Positions 23,336 to 37,407 are shown, counted from the stretch's first letter. The stretch: DNA of 64,000 nt from Eledone cirrhosa (GCA_964016885.1 OZ024746.1:31186001-31250000), one strand, 5' to 3'. Notes: generated by a model from the letters alone, not told the origin. Made by a program: numbers and translations.

Positions 23336-23414
23336 ATTAGGACAGAAGCTGTGTCGGTCCTATTTAATGGCTTTGCTTCATTATTATATATATATATATG
23401 TATAACTATACCGA

Positions 23415-23565
23415 GCGTGTTCAGTGCAGGAGAGAAGACTGTGTTGGTATGGATATGTGATGCGCATGAACGATGATCGCTGGGTGAAGAAGTGCCAGAA
23501 AATCCCAGTGGAAGGAAGCCGCAGTAGAGGTAGACCAAGAAAGACGTGGGCAGAGGTGGTATATA
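23415..23565 (+). mobile_element. RTE ORF C-terminal fragment
   Basis: SVQERRLCWYGYVMRMNDDRWVKKCQKIPVEGSRSRGRPRKTWAEVV. Confidence 0.85.
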
Positions 23566-23844
23566 TAAACCTGGTGGAGTCATAGGGGTGCCACTGTGAC
23601 ATACAAGTATTTTAAACCTGGCAGAGCCCATCCCTTTCCATGGCTAATCACAGCCAATTCTTCTCAGAGAAAGAGAATGGATGTTGGAAAGAGAGACAGA
23701 GGAAGAATTGACCCCAGTATTAGACTGGTACTTTATTTATTAACCTCAGTAGGATTTGAACTAAGAGTGTAGTGAGTCAGAACAAATGTAATAGAACATT
23801 CTATCTAATGTTCTAATGACTTTAAAACAAACAACTTTTTTATT

Positions 23845-24217
23845 ATAGAACGAGCAGTGGTTTTAGATGGTTTAATAGAACCAGTGATGGTTTCAGATGG
23901 TTTGATCTCAAAACAGTTTAATAGAACCAGTGATGGTTTCAGATGGTTTGATCTCAAAACAGTTTAATAGAACCAGTGATGGTTTCAGATGGTTTGATCT
24001 CAAATCAGTTTAATAGAACCATTGATGGTTTCAGATGGTTTGATCTCAAAACAGTTTAATAGAACCATTGATGGTTTCAGAGGGTTTGATCTCAAAACAG
24101 TTTATAGAACCAGTAGTTTCAGATGAGTTTGATCTCAAAACAGTTTAATAGAGCCAGTGGTGGTTTGATTTCAAAACCAGTGGTGGTTTCAGGTGGTTTG
24201 ATCTTCAAACAGTTTAA
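23845..24217. repeat. 46-bp minisatellite (~7 copies) made from the other terminus of MITE family B
   Basis: TAGAACCAGTGATGGTTTCAGATGGTTTGATCTCAAAACAGTTTAA aligns to the reverse complement of 11452-11500. Confidence 0.85.
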
Positions 24218-25734
24218 AATACAGAAAAGTTGTTATATTGAGTTCTTCATAAAATATGAGAGGTGAGTATCCCATATTCTATGTTCTTCCATCAGTAAAT
24301 TGGTTTCTTCCACAATGGAATTGCTAAATTATTCAATATGTTACCAATTTAACACTTTTCACACCAACACAACTCTGATTCTATGAAACAACCGTTTTAA
24401 ACTATAATTTTCCAATATAATTTTATAGAAGTGTCATGTGTTAAGTTATCTTAGTAATGAAATAATTTATAATTTTAGTAAATCCTTCAAAATTCTTCCT
24501 TAATTGAAATATAGTTATGTAAGGATTAAAATTGTATGGTGTGTGTGTCTACGTGTTTGTGTGTGTATCTATGTTTGTGTCTGTAAGTGTGTGTATATGT
24601 GTGTCAGTAAGAGTATGTGTCTATGTGTGTCTGTATGTTTGTATCTCAATGTGTCAGTATATATATATATGTGTCTGTAAGTATGTGTCTATGTTTGTGT
24701 GTGTGTATGCATGCATGTGCATCTATGTGTGTACATATGTGTGTGTGTGTGTCTGTGTGTCAATGTGTCTGTATGTGTGTGTCTATGTGTGTGTGTGTGT
24801 GTCTATGTGTCCGTGTCTATGTGTCCGTGTCTGTATGTGTGTCTGTATGTGTGTCTGTATGTGTGTCTGTGTATGTATGTATGTGTGTATGTGTGTCTGT
24901 GTATGCCTGTCTGTATGTCTGTATGTATGTGTGTGTGTGTGTCTATGTATGTATGTGTGTGTGTTATGAAGGAGATTTAACTGTTATCTGTAGCAAGTTG
25001 GGAGAAAAACAGAAATCTTTGAGTCAAAGAGGTGAAAAGAAAACAGATTTTTCTCTGTTTTCCTTTCTCTCTATTTCACTCTCTCTATCCCCCTCACCAT
25101 CAGGCTCTCCCCCTCTCTTTCATTCTATCCTATCTACCATCTGTCTCTCTCTGTTTCTCTCTCTCTCTTCATAGATCACATGATGAAAGGTCAGAATATA
25201 AATCCCTTCACCCACCCCCACACATTTCCATCTCATACACACAGACATACATTCTCTCTCACACATACACGCACACTCCTCCACACACACACAGAGTTAT
25301 CAAACAATATGGATGTTTCTCTAAGACATGGAGAAGTGGGAAGGGGGGAAGGGGGGGGGGGGGGGGTAACAGACAATACACAAACATAACAGAGTGGCTA
25401 GGTGGGTGGTTAGACTGGGAGGATGGGTGGTTAGACTGGGAGGGTAGGTGGTTAAACAGGGTGGGTGATGATTAGGTAACTACCTGAAACCACTACTGGT
25501 CCTATGATACAGAAATGTTTATTTTAAACTGTTTTATATTTATCCATCATAACTTTATGTAAGAACCTTCATTAAGTTATGTCCCAAAAACCAACTGAGA
25601 GTGAGGGGGTTGGAGGAGAAGGAGAGGGTGAGAGAGGGAGGAAAATGAAGCAAAAATAAGAAAAAAATGAAAAACTAAGACAGATAAAGCAGTTAAAAGT
25701 TTCTGTTAAATCTTTTAAAGCCTCCATGACTTGG

Positions 25735-25860
25735 AAGATTGGTCTTGTTTGTGGTTGGGAGATCTTTGTACCTCCATGTATTGAAAGATCTTGTTTATGG
25801 TTGGGAGATCTTTGTACCTCCATGTATTGAAAGATCTTGTTTATGGTTGGGAGATCTTCG
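25735..25860. repeat. 46-bp tandem repeat (~2.5 copies; another copy at ~26325-26390)
   Basis: GAAAGATCTTGTTTATGGTTGGGAGATCTTTGTACCTCCATGTATT. Confidence 0.85.
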
Positions 25861-26159
25861 ACAATATATTTATTCTCAATACATGTGTTTCACTCACAAA
25901 GTTGGCTTAAAAACCATTGTTCATTACATAAATATGAAAAAGAGAGATAAAAACAAAATTAAGCAATGAGAAAAAGAGGAAGGGGTAAAGAAGGGCAGAT
26001 CTGGCTGTATGGGAAAGTAGAGGAAAGTACTCTAAATGCCATAAACAAGAGGAACAGGAGGGAAAAAACAAGGACAATTGGGCAACAGAAGAAAGGGAGG
26101 GGGATAGAGAGAGGGTGATGGGATCTGGGCCTAGGGTGGGGCAGTGTTTGGGCTGCGCT

Positions 26160-26315
26160 CCACTGACAAAACAGCAATGGTATTTCTGTGGACAATGGCC
26201 AATGACATCTACTGCAGGACTCCTTCCTCAGATGGGCTGCTGGCATTCCAATTTTGTGGAGGAGCTTGGCAATACTGGGTCCAAGGAATGCCTGATGTCT
26301 CAACAGCAACTGGTA
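26160..26315 (-). mobile_element. Decayed C-terminal RLE-domain fragment of a CRE-like non-LTR retrotransposon
   Basis: Frameshifted minus translation PVAVETSGI / LGPSIAKLLHKIG / LQ*MSLAIVHRNTIAVL resembles the CRE-clade P.AVET.G..G...QR.S.A..RGNA..VL motif. Confidence 0.55.
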
Positions 26316-27660
26316 TTTATTTTCCATCTCCATGTACTGAAAGATCTTGTTTATGGTTGGGAAATCTTTAACGATATATTGTACCTCCAATCTTGGTAGA
26401 TTTTAAAATGATCAGTTTCAAAATGTCCTCTGTCTTAGAGTGGTAGATGTTATAGTATATCACAACAAACATTTATTGGTTTGCTGTGCTATTGTTGTTT
26501 AATCCTTATATTACCACATCACTCCACCCTTGTCCACCCCATTGGTTAGTCAGCAATAGTTATGTTACAATAGACGTAGTACTACTGTTTACTTTAGTGA
26601 CTGACATACAAGTGACCTTGTCTTTTATACCTCCTCCTCACCCTACCACCCCAGGGTCAATAAGTCTGGGGGAGAAGGGGGAAAGTTCTTTACAGTTGTG
26701 AGACTATATCATCATAACCACCACAGATGGCCAATTCTACAGCTATCTCTCTTCCCCCCCCCCCCCCACACACACACACAATCTCTCTTTCACTGTCTCT
26801 CACACTTTCTTTCATTCCCTCACCATCTCCCTCCCTTCTCCTCTCTTCCTCTCTCCCAGACTATATTCCCCCTCTACCCCCCTCTCTCTCCTGTACTCCA
26901 CTCCACACTAATTACTGACTTTCAACTCTAATTAACTAAATACTGTATAGTTAATTAACACATCGTTATTTATATATTTATTAACCTTTCTCTCAAATGT
27001 TGATTTAATCAACTGAACTTCTCTCCCCCACCCTCCCACTCCCTCAACATGTCATCTTATTCTGTCTATTCAGTAATTTAAAAGACAACAAGGTACCAGC
27101 TGGCAAACTACCAGCTGCTCTCTCTCTCTTGATAGGGTTGTTTTATTGTCAAACTGTTACTGATGTCAAATGAAAAGAGAACTCACACAGATACACACAC
27201 ACCACACCAAACACACATACCACACACACATACATACAAACACATACACAAAACACACCATGCCACACACACACACACACAAGGGACTTTATTAAAGTTT
27301 CTGTCGACCAAAGGCATTGGTGACAGTTGGATAGAACCCAAAACCAAGTGGTTGTGAAGCAAACTTCTTAACCACAGAGCCATGCCTGTATCCATATATA
27401 TAGGTTAAGGGCATCCAGCCACAGAAAACTTGTCAAAGAAGGGGTTAGGAGGACTCTTCTACATTTGATATGACCATACATAAGTGGGATACGGACCTGT
27501 CGGCTTGTCTGGGAAGTCAGAGGCCCCTGCTTCAGTATTGACTTCGTCGATGTAGACCCATCCAACCCTTGCTAACAGGCTTGCTAAAGTGGATGTTAAA
27601 TGATGAATGATGCTGATGGTGATATACTATACAAGTAATCACACAGCTATGTCTGGTCCA

Positions 27661-27703
<43 letters not shown>

Positions 27704-28769
27704 ATACTTGGGGAGGGTCATATTTGTGTAATATTGCCAGAATTAATAACAGAACACACTCACTGTTTGGTTGGTTTTCGCTTCTCGCTTCTGTGTCTTT
27801 TATAGCGGTAATCTAATTTATTTGGTCCTCAATGTTGCCATTCACTGACCAACGGTCAAAAATAATACAGATACAATATAGACACAAACACATATATATA
27901 GTTTATCAAAGTTCTTTCGTTGCACATCTGCAACATCGCCAGTGGTGCTATAGATTCCTCCCGTTGCATTGTATTTCTACGCCATCTTTATTTAGTCTGT
28001 TTATATATTTATTTATTTATTTGTTTGCGCAAAGAAGACAAAATAAAATAAACAAACAAACAAATAATAATATCCATACATATATACATCACAACTCTCT
28101 ACTTCCTCCACACCACACCAAGGATTCTACACAACTGGTCACACCGCACCAGGCATCCACCCTACTATACTCGGAATTTTCAACATCTATTCCTATACTC
28201 TGTGGGAAAACATTGAGGAACACACACACACACACACATGCACACACAAACACACACTATTTTTGCACACATGCAACCATACATCCACACCACACAAAAA
28301 CCCACACACACACACACACGTGTGTATCCTCACATACACACACTCGGCCTCCGGACAACGCACGCCCCCTCTCCCCCAAACCTCTGACTCCTCTCCATCC
28401 ACACACACACACACATACATACACACACACTGACTTACACCCCACCCCATGTATACACTGGTTTCCCTATTATCCGAACATGAAACCTCGTTCTTCCCCA
28501 AACTCTCACACTCACATCCACACATACAGACACACACGTACACCTGCACACATACACACACACCACCTTCCGCCCTCCCCACTTGGACCCCTGTCTCCCT
28601 CTCCCCTCCCCATCTACAACCCCCACCCACCCCCCACACACACCTCACACCCTTTCACCAATTGTTTCATTTTAATTTTTTTACCCTCTTTTTAATCCCC
28701 CTCTCCTTTTAACGTCTTTCCACCACTCCCCCTCACACCTTCAGAACTCTTTTCCTGCCCACTTTTCTC

Positions 28770-28870
28770 CTGATGAAGGGCTTATGCCCTAAACAGAAAT
28801 AAGAACACAATCGGTACAGTATATGGAAGGTATATATTAGGTTAACGCTTGATATAGCAGGAAGAGGGTC
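28770..28870. mobile_element. Rearranged Penelope-like pseudo-LTR (hammerhead 5' half followed by an inverted downstream segment)
   Basis: CTGATGA-AGGGC-TTAT-GCCC is followed directly by sequence nearly identical to 5466-5546. Confidence 0.55.
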
Positions 28871-29117
28871 ATGAATGAAAAATGGCGAGCTGTGTTGTTG
28901 CAATGATTTTCTCATTTTTTCCTCTTTTTACGTTGCCTCACCATTCATGTTTGTTTACCTGTCTCTCTTTCTCCACCCAACTCTTTTTATCCCAATAACT
29001 TGATTTAGTTATTGCATTGCCCTAGCCGAAGGTATATGGTCTGTAATGCGAAGAAATACCTATGATGGCTAGTAGATCACTGATGATGGATAGTCCTGGC
29101 TTCTATTTCTAATTCTT

Positions 29118-29156
<39 letters not shown>

Positions 29157-29232
29157 CATATATATATATATACATACATATATAAATATATATATACACA
29201 TATATATATATTCATATATATACATATATATA

Positions 29233-29266
<34 letters not shown>

Positions 29267-29689
29267 CATAAATATATATATACACATATATATATATATT
29301 CATACATACATACATACATAAATAAATATATATATACACATATATATATATATTCATATATATACATATATATATATTTACATACATATATACATATATA
29401 TATATTTACATACATATATACATACATACATACATACATACATACATACATACATACATAAATATATATATACACATATATATATATATATTCATATATA
29501 TACATATATATATATTTACATACATATATACATACATACATACATACATATATAAATATATATATACATATATATATATATTCATATATATACATATATA
29601 TATATTTACATACATATATACATACATACATACATACATACATACATACATAAATATATATATACACATATATATATATATATATTCAT

Positions 29690-29930
29690 ATCATCATCAA
29701 CGTTTAACGTCCGTGTTCCACGCTTGCATGGGTTTGGACGGGGGTATTCCCACTTGAGGCAAGAGTGATTGTCTTGCTCGCATAGGACAGTCTGGCAGGT
29801 TTTCTACAGTTGGATGCCCTTCCTAACACCAACCACATTTACAGTGTGGGTCTGGGAGGTTTTTACCGTGTTGCCTACACGGCCACATTACAGCGTGGAC
29901 TGTGTTTTTTTGTCGTGACACCTACACGAT
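29690..29930 (-). mobile_element. RTE 3' end fragment in (TA/CATA)n
   Basis: Highly similar to 1505-1740. Confidence 0.85.
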
Positions 29931-30388
29931 CTATATACATATATATATATTTACATACATATATACATACATATATATATATACACATATCATACATACA
30001 AATACATATATATACACTCTACATTCTCTTGTAGTAACTACCAATTTTTTTATCACTGTCTAAAAATTCCTGCCAAAGAATTACAGAAGACAAAGGATGG
30101 TTATATTCCAGTCCCATATCAAAATACTTCCACCATATCTTTAACTACAGTTAAATGTCTTGGATTCTTGATAAACTTTCATCAAACTTTTCAGTATTTT
30201 ATAAATAATTCTCTATATTTTTAGATGACTTAATTAGGTGAAGAGTGCTCTCTCTCTTCTTTTTCTCCCCCTTTTCTCTCCCTCTCTGGCACACATACAT
30301 TCTCTGTCTTTCTCTGTCTATCCTTTTCTCTTTCACTCTTTCTCATTTTCTCTTTTTCTCCATCTCATTCTCTTCTCTCTCTCCCACA

Positions 30389-30546
<158 letters not shown>

Positions 30547-30597
30547 CAATTGTTCAAACACTGGAACAGTTACTGAGAAGTTTTACTGTATATTTCA

Positions 30598-30935
30598 GGG
30601 AGATTCAGTGTGACACTGTATGACATGGTTGACCTTTCAGTGTGACACTGTGTGACATGGCTGGCTTTTCAGTATAACATGGCTGGCTTTTCAATATGAC
30701 ATAGCTGGCCTTTCAGTGTGACACTGTGTGTGACATAGCTGGCCTTTCAGTGTGACACTGTGTGTGACATGGCTGGCCTTTCAGTATGACATAGCTGGCC
30801 TTTCAGTGTGACATTGTGTGTGACATGGCTGGCCTTTCAGTGTGACACTGTGTGTGGTATGGCTGGCTTTTCAGTGTGAAACTGAGTGTGTGACATGGCT
30901 GACCTTTCAGTGTCACACTGACATGGCTGGCCCTT
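30598..30935. repeat. ~34-bp minisatellite expanded inside a SINE copy
   Basis: CCTTTCAGTGTGACACTGTGTGTGACATGGCTGG units between CAGGGAGATTC and GAATTACAGGTACAACTCATTT; unexpanded homolog at ~33170-33260. Confidence 0.85.
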
Positions 30936-32314
30936 TGAATTACAGGTACAACTCATTTCTACCTACTGAATGAACTGGAGAAAGCCACACACCCTACACC
31001 ACCTACCATCCACCCCACCACAACAACCACTATCACAACCACCACCATCACCATCACCACCACCTCACACACCACCACAACTGGCCACCACCACCACTAA
31101 CACAACCACCACCACCAACACAACCACCATTATCACCACCACCGCCACCATCACAATTGCCATCGCCATCACAACCACCACCACCCCACTCCCACCCACA
31201 CCATTCCAGACTGACTACATTCGCAAGAAATTGATCCAAGTTAATTACACACTTTCATTAAAAAAATATCTTCGTTTATTGACTCATTAGCGCACACGTC
31301 TTTTATCTGGTGTCGAGAACCAATAAAGAAAGGGGGTGAGGGTGAGGGGTGGGGACGGGAGGGTTTATTCTTCAGAAGTTACACACTATACTACCCCCCC
31401 TCCTCCTCATATCCTGGCTTATCACCAACCAAACCCTGTCTGTCTATACTCATAACCCTCTCTCTCTTCCTCTCTCTCTCTGTATAAATATATCTATTTA
31501 TCTCTCTATATCTATCTCTCCCTCTTCTCACATAACCTTATCTCTCTCTCTCTGTATAAATATATCTATCTCTCTATATCTATCTCTCCCTCTTCTCACA
31601 TAACCTTATGTCTCTCTCTCTCTCTCTCTGTATAAATATATCTATTTATCTCTCTATATCTATCTCTCCCTCTTCTCACATAACCTTATGTCTCTCTCTC
31701 CCTCCCTCCCTCCCTCTCTCTTCACATAACAGCATTCTCTATCTCTCCTCTTCCAACAACCCTCCAATAAACATTAATGACAGCATTTTAGAAATGATTA
31801 TCGTTATGATTATTGTGGGGAGGAAGAGGGGAAAGGAGGACAGCTGTTGTAAAGAACTTCCCCCCTTTCACCCAACCACCACCACTACTACCACCACTAC
31901 CACCACCACCATCATACAACACCACGACAATACCACTACCAGAACACCACCACCATACCACCACAACACCATCACTACCACCACCACCACAACAACACAA
32001 CCACCACCACACCACCACCACAACACCACCACTACCACCACCATCATACAACACCACCACACTACCACAACCATACCACCACCACAACATCACTACCACC
32101 ACTACCACTACCAGAACACCACTACCATACCACCACCACAACATCACTACCACCACCACCACACCACCACCACAACACCACACCACCACCACACCACCAC
32201 CATAGAATGATCCATATAATGTGCTACATATTCTCACATTACGTTACATTCAACTTCCAATTATTCATTCAAACTTCTTCAGATCAGCGATTCTCAACCA
32301 TTTTAGATCCACAA

Positions 32315-32866
32315 AATATTGTTGACTAAGCTGTAACAAGACTCACACCATACCATCATCAGATATTGTTGACTAAGCTGTAACAAGACTCACACCATAC
32401 CATCATCAGATATTGTTGACTAAGCTGTAACAAGACTCACACCACACTATCATTAGATATTGTTGACTAAGCTGGTACAAGACTCACACCATACCATCAT
32501 CAGATATTGTTGACTAAGCTGGTACAAGACTCACACCATACCATCATCAGATATTGTTGACTAAGCTGGTACAAGACTCACACCATACCATCATCAGATA
32601 TTGTTGACTAAGCTGTAACAAGACTCACACTACACTATCATTAGATATTGTTGACTAAGCTGGTACAAGACTCACACCATACCATCATCAGATATTGTTG
32701 GCTAAACTGGTACAAGACTCACACCATACCATCATCAGATATTGTTGGCTAAACTGGTACAAGGACTCACATGATACCATCATCAGATATTGTTGACTAA
32801 GCTGGTACAAGACTTGCACTACACCATCATCAGATATTGTTTACTACATGATCATCAGATATTATT
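32315..32866. repeat. 47-bp minisatellite (~11-12 copies)
   Basis: GATATTGTTGACTAAGCTGGTACAAGACTCACACCATACCATCATCA unit. Confidence 0.93.
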
Positions 32867-33328
32867 TTAAAGTGTTTATATTTATCTGAAAGCCTTCTGT
32901 CAGAATTTTATGTAAGAGCCTTTGTTAAATCATATTCTAAACACCAATTTAGTAAGGAGAAAATGAATCATATTATTCAATCCCTCTCTATTCTTGATTA
33001 TTTTAAAAATTACTTGAAAATTATAGACAGGGTGTTTTATTAAAGAATATGGTAACAAAAAGGTTAAACTGACGGGTTACAGTTGGTTTATGGTTTATGT
33101 CAGTTTTATAGCATTGATGTGAAGATAAACAATAACTTGTTGTTACAGTTGTTGGATCTTAATGCAATTCTCAGGGAGATTCGGCATGACATGGTGTGGA
33201 CAAAACTGAGCATTTCAATTACAGATACAAGTCATTTTCTCCAGCTGAGTGAAGTGGAGCAATATGAAATAAAGTGTCTTACTTAAGGATACAGTGAAAT
33301 GGAGCAATGTGAAATAAAAGTGTCTTGC

Positions 33329-33556
33329 TTAATCCTTTACCATTTAAACCAACCGTATCCGGCTGGAATTCTCTCACCTCTTTCTGTTCAAACCAGCTGT
33401 AACCAGCCACTCATACTGGTGTTAAGGTATTGTTCTCAACATAAATAATATCAAAATACATAGATTCGATATTATGTGAGATAATTATGTGAGGTAAAGC
33501 TTTTACCATGAAAATATAATAGTATATATAGAGTAATGTAAATAGTAACGGGTTAA
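33329..33556. mobile_element. piggyBac-type MITE (family A) nested in a minus-strand SINE (~33170-33632)
   Basis: TTAA-TCCTTTACCATTTA...TAACGGG-TTAA; SINE sequence (GAAATAAAGTGTCTTGC | GGAATTGAACTC...TAACCACTAAACCAC) continues on both sides. Confidence 0.85.
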
Positions 33557-34065
33557 TGGTACAAATTACTGCTGGGAATTGAACTCAAGATGTATGTTTG
33601 TGAGCTGAACACTAACCACTAAACCACGCACTTGTCGACGACAACAATAGCAACAACGACAATGACAACAGCGATACTACCACCACCACCAACACCACCA
33701 GCGGTAGGACTTGAACTCACAACTCTAAGTTATCGTCATATAAAACAAGTTATTGATTTCTCAATATCAATGTTTAATCTATCGATCAATTGAATTATTA
33801 TTATTATTGATCAGTTCTGCCTACAGTTGAAATTTGTAGAAATTTAATTATTGATGGTGAAAGCTACATTTTTTTAGTAATTAGTCTTTTAATTATTTAG
33901 TTACAACATAGATTAATTTTGCATATTTAATTAACAAAGCATTTTATTTAGTAAATAAGATTGTTATTGTTGTTGTTTAACCAAAGGTCAGTTGTAGATC
34001 TGATAGATCTATGATAAATCACCTTCCAGCTGTTGATGTTTAGGCAACAGTCAGTCCTAGACCCT

Positions 34066-34390
34066 CCACAATAAGCCCCACAATAAACCCCACAGTAAAC
34101 CCCACAGTAAACCCCACAGTAAACCCCACAATAAACTCCACAGTAAACCCCACAATTAGCCCCACAATAAACCCCACAGTAAACCCCACAATAAACCCCA
34201 CAGTAAACACCACAGTAAACCCCACAATAAACCCCACAGTAAACCCCAAGTAAACCCCACAGTAAACCCCACAATAAACCCCACAGGAATCCACACAACA
34301 AACCCCACAGTAAACCCCACAGTAATCCACACAGGAATCCACACAGTAAACCCCAAGTAAACCTCAAAGGAAACCCACAGTAACCCCACC
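34066..34390. repeat. 12-bp G-rich minisatellite (TGGGGTTTACTG)n on the minus strand
   Basis: (CAGTAAACCCCA)n, ~25 copies with variants. Confidence 0.93.
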
Positions 34391-35149
34391 AAAGAAAACT
34401 TTACCATAAAGCCACAAAACCTACAAGTGTGATGTAAAAGCAGAATGGACCCTTTGAGGGAAGACTGAAGCAAATTGATTAATGTTATCTTTTACGTAAA
34501 ATACATAATAAAAACCTAGAGCTAAGATTGTTACAAATTAACTCGTAATTAACAATTCAACAATTAAGAAATTAAATCAATATATGAATAGATAATAAAA
34601 TAGAATATAGTTTGAAATATTATATTAGACATCATGAGCCCTAATTAAGAAAACAATTATAAACCTGTCTTTAATTGCTGCTTAGAATATTTAATATTAG
34701 TTTATGTTAAAAATCTTGCTTGTTAATTAATAAAATACATGTTAATTGTAGTTTTTATTAAACTGTTTTAATAGAAACTTCTTCGAAAAGTAATTAAAAT
34801 TATGGGACAATTCCAAAAACACACTAATTTAAAAATTGTGAAATTATCAAATTGGCAGCTTCATTAGTGTCAGAGTAAATACCTTGCAGTATTTATTTTG
34901 GTTTTCTACCTTCTGAGTTCAAATCTTGGTTAGATAAACTTCGTTTTTCACCCTTTCAAGGTTGATAAATAAAGTATCAGTCCATTGGTGGAAAACATGG
35001 AACATTAGAAGAGAACAGCTGCTGCAACACTGACTTCGACTCTTAAATCTCTCTCTCTCTCTCTCTCTCTCCCTCTCTTGGTTTCTAGGACTGGATGCCT
35101 TTCCTTTTATATATATATATACATAAGGGATATAGATAGATAGACATAT

Positions 35150-35320
35150 AGTAGATGGTGAGTGTCTACACAGTTCTGCCCACTAAATTTCACTTACAAG
35201 GAATTGGTCCACCTGTGACTATCCTAGAAGACATTTGCCCAAAATGCTATGCAATGGAATTAAATGTATAACCATGTGGTTGAGAAGCAAACACCTTAAC
35301 CACACGGCCATGCCTTCTTA
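35150..35320 (-). mobile_element. tRNA-derived SINE fragment, third family (also ~27300-27390, ~36305-36512, ~38790-38930)
   Basis: CACAGTT...TAGAAGACATTTGCCCAA...AACCATGTGGTTG..AAGCAA..CTTAACCACAC shared among the copies. Confidence 0.6.
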
Positions 35321-36519
35321 ATGTCCGGTAGAATTAAATTCCGTAAATAGATTCCCTGAAAAGTAACATATCTCTCAAGAATTGGTAAAGTTGGGTATTC
35401 TTTTCTTAAAATAAAGCAATGTTATACTGTGATACTAGAGATTGGAATACTCAGCTTCCCATCCCATCTCTTCACTTCCCAGAAACCACTCAAGGAAATT
35501 AACTTTAGATTTTACATGAGAAGAACAATTCAAGCTTTGAAGTGATTTCTCTGTAAAAAGATTGGCAGCCATTTCCTGCAGAGTTTCTACTAAACAATGA
35601 AGAATGTCAGATGGGATTAAGATGTCAGAGTCTATGAACAACCAACTGAGAATGGTTTCTGTTTATCAGGAATCAACTCTTTCCAGGAGGAAACATTGAT
35701 GGAACTCTAAATATTATATTCTACAATATCAACTGACGCCTTTCTGCTTCATTTGAAGTAATTCTTCATAGTTTGGCACCAAAGAAGAAGAGCACCAGAG
35801 TCTATTATATGAGATCATACATACATACATGCATGCATATATGCATGTTATGCAAACAAAGATACATACATTACATACATTACATACATATACACACGCA
35901 CACAAACCTTCACATACAAATATACATACTCACATGCACATACAAACTTTCACATACAGATATACATACTCACACACACATGCAAAACCTTCACATACAC
36001 ACATACAAGTATATATAGTCACACACACATGCAAAACCTTCACATACACACATACAAGCATATATAGTCAGACACACACACAACCTGTACTAGCATATAT
36101 AATAAAACCTGAGTAAGAAAAAAGAAATGTTTCATTGTATTGAAATAAATTCAGTTGTTTTACTTCCTGTCTGAAAAAGTTGTGAACAGGCTTTACAAGA
36201 TGTACATATTTAATTAAGAAATATAATTTTATGTGAATTGTCTATTTAATTAAATATCCTGTATAAATATAGGTTTGAATTACATGTGTAGACATGGTTG
36301 TTGTTATGGGCACAGCATGGTTAAATAGGTAAGATGTTTGCCTCACATAAATAGTTAAGATGTTTGCCTCACATAAATAGTTAAGATGTTTGCCTCACAA
36401 TCATTAGGTCGAGGGTTCGAGCCCACTGAGGAGAATCTCATTTACCACAGTTATGGCAGAGCCCACCCCTTGTAAGTGAAACTGGGTAGACAGAGACTGT
36501 TTGGAAGCCCATCAAATAG

Positions 36520-37407
36520 ACTGCACCCACCCTATAGATCTTGCTTGCAGTCTGACCTGGACACAATGCAACAGTGGATCTCAAACTGGCAACTCAAGCT
36601 AGCTGTGGACAAGTGCACCACCATGCATTTTGGGAGTAAAAACCCAGCGTCCACATACTCCCTCCACAGCACTAATATCAAGAAGTCTTCCTGTGAACGT
36701 GACCTGGGCATTACGGTCAGCAGCGATTTGCGTTGGACGAGGCACGTCTCTAAAATTGTCAAGAGAGCCGAGGGTGTCTTAGCATCACTCAGCAAGACCT
36801 TTGTCAGCCGCTCTCCAGATATCTATTTAAGGCTGTATACAGCTATGGTGCGACCACACTTAGAATTTGCATCACCAGTCTGGAACCCCTATCTTGCTCA
36901 GGACATTGACCGCCTGGAAACTGTTCAGAGACGTGCAACCAAGCGAATACCCTCCATCAGGCATCTACCATACTCTGAGCGCCTTGCTTCCCTGGGCATG
37001 GATTCATTGAAGCTCCGACGCCTGGCAACTGACTTGGTAAACACCCACAAAATTGTTAACCATGTTGCCAACAACAACCCTGAGTGCCTTTTCGATTTCC
37101 ATGTGTCTAACACACGTGGACATGCCCACAAAGTAAGAAAACAGCACAGTTCCCATGACTTTCGGAAACATTTTTTCACGCTCAGAGTTGCTGAAGCATG
37201 GAACAAACTACCTGCATCAGTTGTTAGCTGTCGAGACACTGCATCCTTTAAGGCCTCCATGCTTCCCGAGATCCGCCAACACTACAGCTAACACATACAA
37301 ACATGTACTTCCCTGGCATTTGTGTATTATTCTATGTACTATATTGACGAGTTGTAGTGCACCTGAGCACTTTACACAATAATTTCATTATTATTATTAT
37401 TATTATT
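36520..37407 (+). mobile_element. 5'-truncated CR1-group LINE (RT C-terminal region, 3'UTR, (ATT)n tail)
   Basis: ORF 36476..37291: LQSDLD..W..NWQL.L...KC..MHFG, ERDLGI, VRPHLEFASPVWNPY, LETVQRRATK, TRGH, FFTLRV..WNKLP; uninterrupted frame; TCAAAT on both flanks (possible TSD). Confidence 0.92.

Noticed and set aside
27832-28695. 287-aa ORF
   Set aside because: Mostly low-complexity (CA/C-rich); possible Penelope remnants are too weak to call
32315-32866. CRISPR-like periodicity (also 53966-54505, 22945-23335)
   Set aside because: No unique spacers, no cas genes, eukaryotic context; these are plain tandem repeats
35400-35810. Unique sequence that might be an exon (also 38971-39327, 9540-9710)
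   Set aside because: Stops in candidate frames or no recognisable protein similarity, and no convincing splice pair
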